Positions 42,418 through 53,708 of a stretch of 64,000 bases of DNA are shown piece after piece. Below the pieces are notes generated by a model. That model made no database searches and was not told the DNA's origin. It was given only the letters and a program-made list of their open reading frames with translations. The stretch comes from Candidatus Bathyarchaeota archaeon (lineage in GTDB: Archaea; Thermoproteota; Bathyarchaeia; 40CM-2-53-6; RBG-13-38-9), in NCBI GenBank assembly GCA_963807605.1, contig CAWECG010000003.1, forward strand, positions 1-64,000, given 5' to 3'. The position numbers and the translations under genes were made by a program. Numbering within the stretch: the stretch's first letter is position 1; each line of letters opens with the position of its first letter.

Positions 42418-43026
42418 ATGGCAAACCCAACAGACGGAAAATTGAACTTGCTGACTGATAAGAACAGCGTTTTGATATTAGTTGACTATCAACCTTCGAT
42501 GTTCAAGAGCGTTAGTTCGGGGGACAAAACAATAATTAAGAAGGCGACAATTTGTGCAGCAAAAGCCGCAAGCATCCTAGGAGTTCCTGTCGTTTTGTCG
42601 TCAATTAATCCTAAATCTCTAGGGGAGTTTATTCCAGAAATCACTAAATTGTTTCCAGAGCAGGAAGTATTTGCACGAAAGATACCGAGTTTTGATGCTT
42701 TTGAAGATGAGAGAACCTGGAGTGCTGTCAAGAAATCAGGGAGAAAGAAATTAGTTATTTCAGGATTGTGGACAAGTATGTGCTTTGCGTACACCGCTCT
42801 TCATGCTTTGAAAGAAGGGTACGAAGTTTATGGATTAATTGATGCTGCTGGTGATTCTACACTTGATGCGCATAGATACGGCGTCGAGAGAATGTTACAG
42901 GCTGGAGTAATTCCAATTACTGTAGAGTCATTGGTGTCGGAATGGATGCACGACTGGGGAAATCCAAAAGCAGGCGAGCTTGTTAAAGAAGTTTATTCGA
43001 AGTATGGCGCAATGATTGGACTGTAA
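42418..43026 (+). CDS. Isochorismatase family hydrolase (YcaC-like)
   Basis: LILVDYQP, GRKKLVISGLWTSMC, DAAGD, RMLQAG. Confidence 0.9.
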   Translation: MANPTDGKLNLLTDKNSVLILVDYQPSMFKSVSSGDKTIIKKATICAAKAASILGVPVVLSSINPKSLGEFIPEITKLFPEQEVFARKIPSFDAFEDERTWSAVKKSGRKKLVISGLWTSMCFAYTALHALKEGYEVYGLIDAAGDSTLDAHRYGVERMLQAGVIPITVESLVSEWMHDWGNPKAGELVKEVYSKYGAMIGL

Positions 43027-43104
43027 CTCCAGTTGAAATGAATTGTTGCTAAACCTACTCCCTATTTTTTTACCTAGTAATTGATCAAAAACATCTTCTC
43101 TAAT

Positions 43105-43340
43105 GTTGTGTGTGCGCACGATCTCTTGGTGCGAGCATCCAAATTTGGACTAGTATGTGTGTGTGCCATAGTTGGTGAGGAGCATCTGAAATTGAACTGT
43201 TAGAGCAGGATTTTTGTGTGTGTGCTCACCAAGGGATGCACACACACACAAAATCAATACCAAGCGGTTCAATTCTAGATGCTCTCACCAGCTAAGGCAC
43301 ACACACAAATCATAATCTAATGGCTCGCTACCCTCGCCAA
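43105..43340. repeat. Mini-array of four 14-bp cores separated by 32/45/45-bp units
   Basis: Cores at 43120, 43166, 43225, 43284; units are related (AGCATC...TGTGTG) and the third is inverted. Confidence 0.88.
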
Positions 43341-43747
43341 AGCATCAAGAGCTTGATAACCTCCGGCTTCAGCAGTTTTATTTCGATACGAGTTGGCGCG
43401 AATCAGTCGCAGAAAGTTCCTGGCTTCAGGAGCCGTATGTGCGGCAGCTTTCGGTTCAGGTTACACATGGAGGGACAAGCTGTCCTCGCTGACAGAGATG
43501 TTTCATGACCATACTGATAATGTGGATGAATCACCGTAATCTATTCAATTACATCAGGCGAATTGACAGGAGGTTCATACTCTTCAATGGCCTCTTGCTT
43601 TTGTTCGTCACTGTGATTCCATTTCCACATCCCTCGTGGCAGAGCATATACTGAGCAATGATGCCAATATTCTTCACCCTAACGATCAAAGAATCATAAG
43701 AACAGCGGTAACTTCTTGCGTATTCTTCAGTAATACATCAAAGGGTA

Positions 43748-44356
43748 CTAGTCATCATCCAGAGTATGCTTGTGTCTATGATGAGTATCTGACCAATGAA
43801 CATGACTGTGAGTCACTTCAAGGTGCGTATGGTCGTGAATGTTCGACTCAGAAACTGTTTCAGAATGTTTGTGTAGATGATGCATTTCACCATGATCGTG
43901 CAGATGAATATGGGTCATCGTGTCATGATAATGAAGATGTAAATGCTCTTCACTCACTATCAACCAAACTCCAATTATCATAAATCCTGTCGCTGGAAAC
44001 ATCACCCATCCTATCCATTCCCTGAGTATGAATAGAGAGGTCACAGCGGCGATGAATGGTGCGAGACTAAAGAATGCTCCAGTCCTGGATGAGCCTAATC
44101 CTTCAAGAGCTTTGATGAAGAATACCAAACTCGCACCATAACTAAAAGCGCCCACCAGAAGGGCAAACACAATCGTGGCATCCAGCGGTATCCTCGTTCC
44201 AAGCATTAAAGCAAATGAAAGAGACACGGCTCCAGCGATTCGGCCTTTGATTTCAGCGAGCTGTACCGGATCTTTGTCGGATAGGTTGCGAGTCAAATTA
44301 TTGTCTACACCCCAACATACCATTGCAAAGACAAGCAATAATGGACCTAGTGGCAT
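43748..44356 (-). pseudogene. DMT/EamA transporter C-terminal half with His-rich tail
   Basis: WGVDNNLTR, GAFFSLAPF, HxH-rich tail; first EamA repeat missing. Confidence 0.75.
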
Positions 44357-44643
44357 GAACCTGCCTTGGCAAGGATCCCGCGTCTTCAGTTTGGAATTAG
44401 GTGCGTTATCCGTAATCTACCTGAAGTCTTACGTAATTTGGTTTTACGAATTCCAGTTTTCAAAACGAAGAGAGATGTACTTGAGTTTCCTTTGGTCGGA
44501 TTCTGCCTTGGGAAAGAATCCTAATTATCAATTTCACGCTTCAATAAACCAATATGAACCGATGAAACTTCAGAGATCTCTTGAAGAGGCCAGATACCCC
44601 CCTTCTGATAAGCTAATTAAGATCACTACAAAAATGATGATAT

Positions 44644-45540
44644 ATGAAGCTCACAGAGGATATTAATGCACTAAAGAAAAAGAAGAACGCAATTATCCTC
44701 GTGCACAATTATCAGGCACCTGAGATATATGAAATCGCAGATTTCATAGGTGATTCCTTAGAACTCAGTAGAAAAAGTACTGGTACAGATGCAGATTACA
44801 TCATATTCTGTGGAGTAGACTTCATGGCGGAGACCGCCTCCATACTAAACCCGACCAAGACTATTTTGCTCCCTGTTCTGCAAGCACAGTGCCCTATGGC
44901 GGCAATGGCTGATGCTGAAGGAGTCAGGATGCTGAAAAAACAGTATCCCGATGCAGCCGTAGTAAGCTATGTAAACACATCAGCAGAGGTTAAAGCTGAA
45001 TCCGACATCTGTTGCACCAGCGCAAACGCTGTTCAAGTCGTGAACTCACTGAGCCAAGAGAAAGTGATCTTCGTCCCTGATGAAAACCTTGCACTATACG
45101 TTGCAGAGCATACCAAGAAACGCATAATTTCTTGGAAAGGCTGGTGCTATGTTCACACAAAATTCTCGGTAGAAGGGTTAAAGGGAGCCCGAAGACTGCG
45201 TCCGAATGCTGAAGTTATTGTGCATCCTGAATGCAGAACTGAGATCATCGATCTCGCCGACTATGTCTGCAGCACAAGCCAGATGATGAGACGGGTAGGA
45301 GAAAGCAATAAGGATGAATTCATAATTGGAACAGAGGTGGGGATGATAGAACGGTTGAAAATGGAATACCCGACCAAAACCTTCTACGCCGTGCCGCCTG
45401 GAGCTACTTGCATTCAAATGAAGAAGAACAGACTTGAATCAGTTCTAGAAGCATTAGAAAAAGAACAATATGTGATAAATGTCCCTGAGGAAGTGAGATT
45501 GAAAGCTAAGAAAGCCTTGGATATGATGCTAGCACTTTGA
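44644..45540 (+). CDS. nadA: Quinolinate synthase
   Basis: HNYQ, GDSLELS, FCGVDFMAE, YVNTSA, CCTSANA, HPEC. Confidence 0.95.
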   Translation: MKLTEDINALKKKKNAIILVHNYQAPEIYEIADFIGDSLELSRKSTGTDADYIIFCGVDFMAETASILNPTKTILLPVLQAQCPMAAMADAEGVRMLKKQYPDAAVVSYVNTSAEVKAESDICCTSANAVQVVNSLSQEKVIFVPDENLALYVAEHTKKRIISWKGWCYVHTKFSVEGLKGARRLRPNAEVIVHPECRTEIIDLADYVCSTSQMMRRVGESNKDEFIIGTEVGMIERLKMEYPTKTFYAVPPGATCIQMKKNRLESVLEALEKEQYVINVPEEVRLKAKKALDMMLAL

Positions 45541-47021
45541 AGACGGACATCCTGATAATCGGCAGTGGAATAGCAGGCCTTTGCTTTGCATTCAAGGCAA
45601 TGGATTATGGCAAGATAATAGTCCTCACGAAGAAGAGCGCTGCAGAGTCTAATACCAACTATGCTCAAGGAGGAATCGCTGCAGCCATAGGCGAGGATGA
45701 CTCCCCCCAGCTTCACTTCCAAGACACAGTAAGAACTGGTTGTGGCCTGTGCGATGAGAATGCTGTGAAGACTCTGGTAGAGAACGGACCCGATGTTGTA
45801 AGAGAGCTCGTATCACTCGGAGTCAAAATTGACCAGGATGATAAAGGCGGACTTTCGCTAAGTAGGGAAGCAGGTCATAGCAGGAACAGGATTGTCCATG
45901 TTGGGGATAGAACAGGAAGAGCAATTGAAAGGGCATTAGTAGCTAAGGTCAGAAGAGGAAAATCGATAGAGATCTATGAAGACTGTCTCACCATTGACTT
46001 GATCGTTGACAACAGACGGTGCTATGGCGCTAAAGTGTTAGATGTTATGACTCGAAAGATTTTCAATATCTATTCTAAGGTTACAGTTCTGGCGACTGGT
46101 GGAATAGGACAGGTATACCAGAGGACATCGAATCCGAAGGTTGCGACGGGGGACGGGATCGCTATGGCCTATAGGGCAGGAGCAACTATCAAAGATATGG
46201 AGTTCATACAGTTTCACCCAACCACCTTCCACAAAGATTGTAAAGTGGCCTTTCTAATTTCCGAGACTCTCCGTGGCGAGGGAGCCATTTTAAGAAACGA
46301 GTCTGGACAGGCGTTTATGGCATCATATGATGAGAGGGGGGATTTGACACCCCGTGACATCGTTTCCAGAGCTGTATTCAACGAAATGAAGAAAGGCTCT
46401 GTATACGTTGACATCAGGCATAGGGGAGAGAAATTCATCAAAGAACGTTTCCCCTATCTCTATCGCAGATGCCTACATTACGGCGTGAATATCACCAAAG
46501 ACCTCATACCAGTGACTCCAGCAGCCCACTACCTTTGCGGAGGCATCAAGACAAACATCTATGGCGAAACAGATGTTGAAAGGTTACTCGCCTTCGGCGA
46601 GTGTGCTTGTACATGTGTGCATGGAGCGAATCGTTTAGCTAGCAACTCTTTACTGGAATCAATTGTCTTCAGCTTCATGGCCGCGAAGAGAATCAAGAAT
46701 TATCTTGACACTAGTGTGCATGAAGTTGAGGCTAAACCTTCTAGAATTAGGATCATCAGAGGATCTCGAAAGACTCAGAAGATTAAGAGAGAGTTGCAGA
46801 AGTTGATGTGGACCCATGTTGGCATAGTGAGAGAGGAGAGAGGGCTTGAATATGCCTTAAAGAACCTTGGTGAACTTGAGGCCGAGACTTACAAGATTGC
46901 CGAAGAGGGATTGAGCCCAGACCTGATAGAATTAAAGAACATGATAACAGTTTCCAGACTAATCACCCAAGCAGCATTGGATAGGCGGGAGAGTGTAGGC
47001 ACCCACTATATTCTCCGGTAA
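45537..47021 (+). CDS. nadB: L-aspartate oxidase
   Basis: IGSGIAG, AQGGIAA, QFHPT, SETLRGEG, HGANRLASNSLLE. Confidence 0.95.
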   Translation: MKTDILIIGSGIAGLCFAFKAMDYGKIIVLTKKSAAESNTNYAQGGIAAAIGEDDSPQLHFQDTVRTGCGLCDENAVKTLVENGPDVVRELVSLGVKIDQDDKGGLSLSREAGHSRNRIVHVGDRTGRAIERALVAKVRRGKSIEIYEDCLTIDLIVDNRRCYGAKVLDVMTRKIFNIYSKVTVLATGGIGQVYQRTSNPKVATGDGIAMAYRAGATIKDMEFIQFHPTTFHKDCKVAFLISETLRGEGAILRNESGQAFMASYDERGDLTPRDIVSRAVFNEMKKGSVYVDIRHRGEKFIKERFPYLYRRCLHYGVNITKDLIPVTPAAHYLCGGIKTNIYGETDVERLLAFGECACTCVHGANRLASNSLLESIVFSFMAAKRIKNYLDTSVHEVEAKPSRIRIIRGSRKTQKIKRELQKLMWTHVGIVREERGLEYALKNLGELEAETYKIAEEGLSPDLIELKNMITVSRLITQAALDRRESVGTHYILR

Positions 47022-47101
47022 TCTTTTTTCGAGTATACCAAGACAATCACTACTGCAAGGGATTTCATAAGATATTGTAAACAACTCATTGGGAGTTATA
47101 G

Positions 47102-47938
47102 ATGAGAGCAAATGAAATAATTGAAATGGCTCTGAATGAAGATCGTTGCGATGAAGATATTACTACTAACGCTCTAATCCCTGAAGGTTCTAAGACGAAA
47201 GGAGCTATTTATGCAGAAGAAAGCGGTGTAATTGCAGGTTTAGAGGCAGCACGAGACGTCTTCCGCTATGATGACTCAGACGTGACCTTCACGCCTCTGG
47301 TAAGAGACGGTGACTATGTTCGCTCTGGTCAAAGACTTGCTGAAGTTGAAGGTGATGCTAGAGTAATTTTGTCACGCGAAAGAGTTGCGCTAAACTTTCT
47401 CCAGCATCTCTCTGGCATAGCTACTGCTACAAACAGATATGTGAAGAAAGCTGGGAAAACCATAATCTTAGACACTAGAAAAACAACCCCAGGGTTGCGT
47501 GAATTGGAGAAGTATGCGGTGAGAATAGGGGGCGGATATAACCATCGATTGAGTCTAGCTGAGATGGGTATGATCAAGGATAACCATATTGCATTTATTG
47601 GAAGTATCAAAAAAGCGGTGAAGCTTGTCAGAGGGTACTCACACAAGAAGATTGTGGTAGAAACTAAAACGATTAATGAAGTACTGGAGGCAGTAGAAGC
47701 CAAACCTGACAGGATAATGTTAGATAATATGTCCCTTAAAGAAATGAAAAAGGCCATAGAGATCATACGCTCAGCCAATACCAGGATAGAGATAGAGGTC
47801 TCCGGAGGCGTTACATTAGAGAATATTGCGGAGATCGCAAAGCTCGAACCCGACTATGCCTCCTGTGGAGCGTTGACCCATTCAGTTAAGGCATTAGAAA
47901 TGAGTTTAGAGCTAGACCAAACTATTGCCAACCGTTAA
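47102..47938 (+). CDS. nadC: Nicotinate-nucleotide diphosphorylase (carboxylating)
   Basis: LDTRKTTPGLR, NHR, IKDNH, IMLDNM, SGG, GALTHS. Confidence 0.95.
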   Translation: MRANEIIEMALNEDRCDEDITTNALIPEGSKTKGAIYAEESGVIAGLEAARDVFRYDDSDVTFTPLVRDGDYVRSGQRLAEVEGDARVILSRERVALNFLQHLSGIATATNRYVKKAGKTIILDTRKTTPGLRELEKYAVRIGGGYNHRLSLAEMGMIKDNHIAFIGSIKKAVKLVRGYSHKKIVVETKTINEVLEAVEAKPDRIMLDNMSLKEMKKAIEIIRSANTRIEIEVSGGVTLENIAEIAKLEPDYASCGALTHSVKALEMSLELDQTIANR

Positions 47939-48689
47939 AACATTCTGACGAACCTAAATTCTGTCTTCAGAAGAATCACAATGATACGTAGGTTGTGACC
48001 CCTGAGCCGCCCACCAGAACTGATTGGACGGGAGTTACATCTCTCCATAGCGCGATGGTATGGGAAGTGTTTTTGCAGAGGAGGCGCTCATGCTATCCTA
48101 TTGGCGCCTGCGTTTATGGGTTGGATCTGAATGACTCAATTCATGCAACAATCTTGAGGTAGTTGATAGAAAGAAGATTATTGACGAATGGATAATTATG
48201 TTATTGTCAGGCCTAGACCAGCGATCCTTCTTATGCAAAAGCGTTCCGGCCATACTAAAGAGGTGACTAAATTGAAAAAACCGACTCCAATTCGAATGAG
48301 AAAAATCCTGACAATGACCTCTCTCAGGACCAACTTAGACTTCTTGATCAAGCAATCGATGATCAAAACGACAAATGCACTTCTCGATCGTCAATCATTC
48401 GGAGTCTAATTGATGAGTACCTTCCAAAGCCCAGGAGCAAATAAAATTGAGTATCTCAACTCCGGAGCTATCTAAAACCCAGATAGGGATCATCGGCGAA
48501 TACTCTCTGGACCAAGCAATCAAAGAACTGTTCGAGCAATATCCAGGACTCGAATATCAAAGCCACTTAGACGGATCCCTGCAGGATAAAAGAATCGACG
48601 GACTAGTCCTTTTAGACAACAAATCCGTTGAACTTGAAATTGCAAATTGCTCTACTCACTACGCGATCTTTCTTCCATGCGCGGCCCCC

Positions 48690-49068
48690 AGTACTCCAGC
48701 GAAGCCTTCAGGAACGAGGCAAGACGCCTAGGCGTAGAACCAGTTCATACCATACCCTAGAAACCAGATGAAGGGCAAACAGGTTCTACGAATCGACCGG
48801 AAGTTCCGCTCACACGGACCTGCCCGTCTGGAGCAAATGATCCGACACAGAACTGCAGTAGAGAGTCACATCTCGACTCAAAGAACACTATGGACTACGA
48901 CAGCTTCGAACACGCGGCCTAAGAAACGTCTACACACACGTAATCCTATGCTTGAATGCTATGCTGGCCACCGCTCTATCTGCGATCAAACATGGAAGCA
49001 TCCATAAGATGCGGTCACCAATCCAGTTCACAAAATTGACAGGTAAGACATAATATTGCAAGAGGCTA
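48690..49068 (+). pseudogene. DDE transposase 3' remnant (IS5/IS1182-like) with terminal repeat
   Basis: Frameshifted RTAVESHISRLK..LRTRGLRNV..HV.LC; ends ttgcaagaggct. Confidence 0.6.
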
Positions 49069-49154
49069 GCGCGTTCTATCAGTAGACTTTTTCTACGACA
49101 GCTGATAAAATGCAGAGACCTGCACCCAGGATGATAATTCTGAACAGAAAATTC

Positions 49155-49592
49155 TCAACTGCCAACAGCAATCCGACCCAAGCAAGAAAGAAACCAGCCC
49201 ACCCAATTACATGAAATATCCACTTTCCCAACTGTATGATTACCCCACCACTTTTCTATCGGTGCAAGTTTGACTCCCAGGTCTTCCCTTAAGGCTCTGA
49301 TCAATCTCTCCCTCCGCGCCTTATCCTTTATGATCTGATCAATAACAGCATCCACATCCTTCGAGGATGCAGAGTTAAGAATCATCCCGCAGCTGCTGCA
49401 GTAGACCGCTACAGGCGCATTCTCAGTCTGGCAGCCTGGACACATCTGAATCATGACTATAGGCCTAAGAACCTCCTCCTCCTTCCTCTTGAGGCCGTGA
49501 AGAACCAAGTCCTTATCATCAACATTCTGCATCGTCAAGTGGGTGTAGACCCTGACGATATCCGGTCTACGCCAGCCGAATAACTTCATCAA
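49155..49592 (-). pseudogene. C-terminal remnant of a tyrosine integrase with zinc ribbon
   Basis: LMKLFGW...VYTHL catalytic Tyr motif followed by CPGC..N....YCSSCG. Confidence 0.75.
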
Positions 49593-49709
49593 TTCTCGAC
49601 ATATGTGATGCCACTGCGTACTCGAGATTGATTATAGACGAAGCGCCTGAGGCATTAGAAGCTTTGCATTTTACGAAAGCTGGGAGAGCGTTAGTGTGCG
49701 CTAGGGCAG

Positions 49710-49786
49710 ATTTCCACGTGGCAATTTACACGTCGATTTTCAGACTTCCACGATCCAGCCATAACACCGTTATTACCTATATCCCC
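49710..49786 (+). repeat. Casposon-TIR-like arm
   Basis: Ends ccgttattacctatatcccc at the core at 49787. Confidence 0.78.
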
Positions 49787-50033
49787 CTCACCAAGGGATA
49801 CGACGACGATATCCCTTGGTGAGCACACACAATATTTAATCCTTTTAGGGGAAGAATCCCCTAAAACCCTCTTGCTTGAAGTATTGGTGTATCACCAAGG
49901 ATGATTCACTTGGACTGGCGGCGCACACTAGATGGGATAAAGTCTTGGCGAGGTAACTTTAAGATTCTAGTCTCCGCTTCAATAAGTGTATTACTCTAGC
50001 GATTGCCTCAGCTTTTGTTGGAAGTGAGATTGA

Positions 50034-50363
50034 ATGGAGAAAGAAAACATGAATGGAATACTCAGGCTTAAAGAGGAAATTGATCAAACCTCAGATGAGC
50101 TTAGAAGAGAAGCAAGCCGCATAAAGGGAGACGTAATTGCTGTAAGAAATGATCCTAAGGTACAGAAGATTTGGAATAAGCTATGTCGGCTTCACATGAA
50201 AGCAATGGTAATTTGTGAATTTGATTCTAAGAATGTAAGTGGGCTGGAGAAAGTCTGTGAGGGAATTTTGCATCCCACTGCATGCATAGAAACGCTTCAT
50301 CTATCAGAAGAAGAAACTTGCTGCGGAAGATTCTTGAAAAGAATTGAAGCAGAAAAAGGGTAG
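50034..50363 (+). CDS. Hypothetical protein
   Basis: 109-aa ORF, sole gene between the cores at 49810 and 50496. Confidence 0.55.
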   Translation: MEKENMNGILRLKEEIDQTSDELRREASRIKGDVIAVRNDPKVQKIWNKLCRLHMKAMVICEFDSKNVSGLEKVCEGILHPTACIETLHLSEEETCCGRFLKRIEAEKG

Positions 50364-50796
50364 CTGAATGCCCTGAGCCAAGGGATTCCTAGCGAAAGGA
50401 CATTTTCAGTCAATTTTCTTGCGCTGGAGCGGTTGTTAGAGGGCTCCTCTCCTAATAAATAGGAGCAGGGGGGCGTAGGAGACTCTTCTTGTGTGTGTCC
50501 CTTGGTGAGAGCACTCTAATTTGAACCCATGAAGGTCTCCACCACAGGAAGTGAGTCCCATGCCAGAAATGATGTGTTAAACCTCAAGCTTCCCTCACTT
50601 ATTCAGTCACTGTCTCACATGGTTCTCGCTATTATAAGCAGTGGTGGCGAAATCTGAAGTCGACATGGACGGATGCTACGCTTGGATTTGTTAAATCCCG
50701 AAAATGTTACAAAGACAAGAATCCCTACTGTAACGTTACAGCACCCAAGCATGCAAAGAACTGATACAAAAGACACTAACCCACTAGAATTGAAGG

Positions 50797-50831
50797 CAAG
50801 ACCCCGCAGGCTTCAGCCTGCGGTAATTCAG
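50797..50831 (+). mobile_element. IS605-type hairpin end, second family
   Basis: caagaccccgcaggcttcagcctgcggtaattcag. Confidence 0.6.
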
Positions 50832-51056
50832 GTTGCGGCTTTGAGTCCATGATAATTCAACTAGAATTGCATTTCACTTGATCAGATTTTTCAGCAGCTC
50901 GAGGGTTGCTCGGACCTACTCAGTCTCCCCCGAAAAGAAACTGAAGGCTCTGAACTTAACTCTTTCCAGTTTCCAGGTCAGGTTTAACTTGGGCGTAATT
51001 GTGCTGGACAAACACAACTTGATTTCTTTGGCGGTCAACGGAATCTTTGAAGGACC

Positions 51057-51431
51057 CTATACTAGCCTGTTATATTGTTCTCTCCATCTAACAAATTCAG
51101 GATCATATAGCTCTTCATAACATTTTTTCATCTGCATGAGTTCATCGTTACTGGGTTCACCATTGAACAAAAGGAAAACCCACCGATTTCCAGAAAAATC
51201 CTCATAAACTACCTCCACCTTCGGACAATATTCTCTTGCTTTCAACTCCATCTCCTCCATCACCCTTTTCGCAGCCTCAAGTTCCTTGCTCTCACAATAG
51301 CCACTTCCCAAAGTAAACGAGGTAACATTTTCAGAGACAACCTCGCCTTTGCCATCTACATACAAATTCTTGTAATGATAGCCATCAATTACTATTTCTT
51401 TCTTAGGGTATTTACACCTGTATTCGCGCAT
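51057..51431 (-). CDS. Hypothetical protein
   Basis: 124-aa ORF. Confidence 0.5.
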   Translation of the reverse strand: MREYRCKYPKKEIVIDGYHYKNLYVDGKGEVVSENVTSFTLGSGYCESKELEAAKRVMEEMELKAREYCPKVEVVYEDFSGNRWVFLLFNGEPSNDELMQMKKCYEELYDPEFVRWREQYNRLV

Positions 51432-51814
51432 CCAGCAGTATCTCCTAGCCTTTGATTGTTGAAGAGTTTAGGTAGATATGTCGCATAGGTTTTGAAACAA
51501 GCTTTCTACTAGCTCAAGAAGGTTGTACTTTGCACTTTCGCGCTTAGAAATCCTGATCATGAGTACTTCTTCCCGAAATAGGTTTCCCTGATCGTCAAAT
51601 TTTTCCAGTTTACTTTAGTCGGAGTGCGCTAGCGATGTTGATGGTTAAAGATGTGATACATGTCTTCTTATGGCCTAAAAAAATCAGCATTTAAACAATC
51701 CGGGACAACACGACTGCACTGGGTCCCAGCTCCTCGCGGGGGGCCGGTTTTGATAACGTATGTAACGCTGTTTTCGATCTCTGCGACGCGCCCTAGAATC
51801 ACTTCATTCTAGAA

Positions 51815-51990
51815 ATGTCCATGTGGATGTCCACGTCGGAAAACCAGCATCCACGTGACCACACCAAACAGCCAGTTATCTATATCCCCCTCACCAGCTA
51901 ATGCACACACACAAAAATTAACCTGCTCTAACGGTGCAAATTACGATGCTCACCAACTGGAGCACAGACAAGTTGTCTCGCTCCTGCGCC
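51815..51990 (+). repeat. Divergent TIR-like arm plus two cores 59 bp apart
   Basis: ...gttatctatatcccc|core 51890|45-bp unit|core 51949. Confidence 0.8.
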
Positions 51991-52069
51991 TCTAAAAACT
52001 CAATCTGGCTTGAAATGATCAGATGATTTTAAGCAACGTAGGAGGATCTTTTTGTATTCAACCTCATAG

Positions 52070-52507
52070 GTGGAGTTTATGGTAGGACTGATGGAGGAAA
52101 GGTTTGGAGTCTCTCATTTCTACTTTTCAGGTGTTCCTTTTCCCTTTGAAAGGTATGAGTTCGATTCCAAAATATGTCTCAGGAAAGGGGACAAGGAAAT
52201 GTGCATAGCATGCATCGCTGTCGAAGGAAAAGACCCCTCAGACTTTGAGAAAGCGCAACAAACGATACTAGAAATTGCAACTATATACGCCCTGATGACC
52301 AATTTCAGCTTTCATATCGAAAATCGTGGCGGTTCTTCCATAGCCTCTTTGGGAGAACTCGGAAGTCCTAAACACCCTCACATAAAGGCTAGTCTAAAGG
52401 TTTTGTATCCACAGGAAAAGTTTAGAGAATACTCTGCCAAACTCTCTGCAAATTGGGAAAGAACAAAAGACGTCTGGAAGATAGCACAAAACAGGTATTT
52501 CGGGTGA
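52070..52507 (+). CDS. Hypothetical protein, probably truncated
   Basis: 145-aa ORF. Confidence 0.45.
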   Translation: MEFMVGLMEERFGVSHFYFSGVPFPFERYEFDSKICLRKGDKEMCIACIAVEGKDPSDFEKAQQTILEIATIYALMTNFSFHIENRGGSSIASLGELGSPKHPHIKASLKVLYPQEKFREYSAKLSANWERTKDVWKIAQNRYFG

Positions 52508-52774
52508 AAATAATCCTGCATTCGGCTGTGCACCAAGAAAATAGAGTTCACCAAATTTCACGCTGTAGTCATGGGGCGTTCTAGAAACTGTTATTTTCTT
52601 AAAAGGTTCTATTGCTGTTTCCTTGATGTCAGTGTATGTACCCAGTAGGGCCTCAAGGAACTGATGCAGCTCTGAATCGCTCAGAACGGACAGGATAGAA
52701 CCTACGTGAGAGCATATTGCCTTTATGATACCTGTTTTCCTGCTCTGGGCAGGGAGCTTTGCTTGCTCTGTCAG

Positions 52775-52990
52775 TTGCTCCTCATGACGTGCAAGATGTC
52801 CTTCGTTCTAGGATATTCTATGGTGGCTTTGAAGTGTCTTAGACTCTTGAAGCTGATCTTTTGTATTCTAGGGTTTTGCATCTTCTCTGCTATCTTCTCT
52901 GACCAAGTCCGGAACAGGTTTGTCAAAATCGATTTGTTTTGTTTTTCCGAGAATGAAAATCGCCAGTTCCTGAGTTTTCAACATTATCAT
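52775..52990 (-). pseudogene. Tyrosine integrase internal fragment
   Basis: IAEKMQNPRIQKISFKSLRHFKATIEYPRTKDILHVM (H/K-x-L-R-H box); not in the ORF track. Confidence 0.75.
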
Positions 52991-53042
52991 GCTATCCCAC
53001 CGATAGTATTTGTTTCGGTGTAATACAGGAGAATTGAAGGAA

Positions 53043-53195
53043 AACCTCAGCTAATCCATATCGCCAGTGACAAACCCTTTATTCTGGAAACCACGAACTA
53101 GGCTAGAGAAACACCACAAGACTGCATAGAGTCGGGAATGAAAAGGGAAATGGAAATGTAGGCGGCCGCACCACTCTAGCAATGAATAGATACAA
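53043..53195 (+). repeat. About 153-bp dispersed repeat, copy 2
   Basis: Near-identical to 36009-36161. Confidence 0.9.
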
Positions 53196-53360
53196 TTAAC
53201 GCGCGCGTACATGTATGAAGGGGAGCAGGGTCATGTATCCATTGCACAAAGCCGCGGGCGTCTCGATAGCTAAGGCGGATCTGCCAGCGCGCGCTGGTGA
53301 GCACACACATATCCATTATGCAGGATAAACCCTGAACAGTGCTCAGGTGCGTACAAACAA

Positions 53361-53708
53361 TCACTCTTTCGGATTTTGTGGTTTTTGAGCTTTCAGTAGG
53401 GGTCCCAATATGAACTTAGTAGCCATAATTGAAAATGCAGCGAATGCTAGACAGGTAACTCCAGCTAGGAGATACAAACGCCAAACAACGAAAATCAGAG
53501 GTACAACCAGACCAAACAACTCGAAAAGAGCGAACATTCCATATTCGAAGACTTTGTAGACGCCGTCAAATGGCGGACGCTTCTTGACGTAATAGGTATT
53601 CATAGCTAAGGAGTGTCCGAGTAAGTACAAAGACAAATAGAATAACATGCTTAGGAAAAAAAGAATAACTTGTATATTGAAAGCGCTAGCATCTAGCGAT
53701 CTCTGCAA
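53361..53708 (-). CDS. Hypothetical membrane protein
   Basis: Three hydrophobic segments; true start may be upstream. Confidence 0.5.
   Translation of the reverse strand: MQRSLDASAFNIQVILFFLSMLFYLSLYLLGHSLAMNTYYVKKRPPFDGVYKVFEYGMFALFELFGLVVPLIFVVWRLYLLAGVTCLAFAAFSIMATKFILGPLLKAQKPQNPKE

Noticed and set aside
43105-43340. Canonical CRISPR array
   Set aside because: Repeats are only 14 bp, degenerate and in mixed orientation, the spacers are related to each other, and there are no cas genes in the window.
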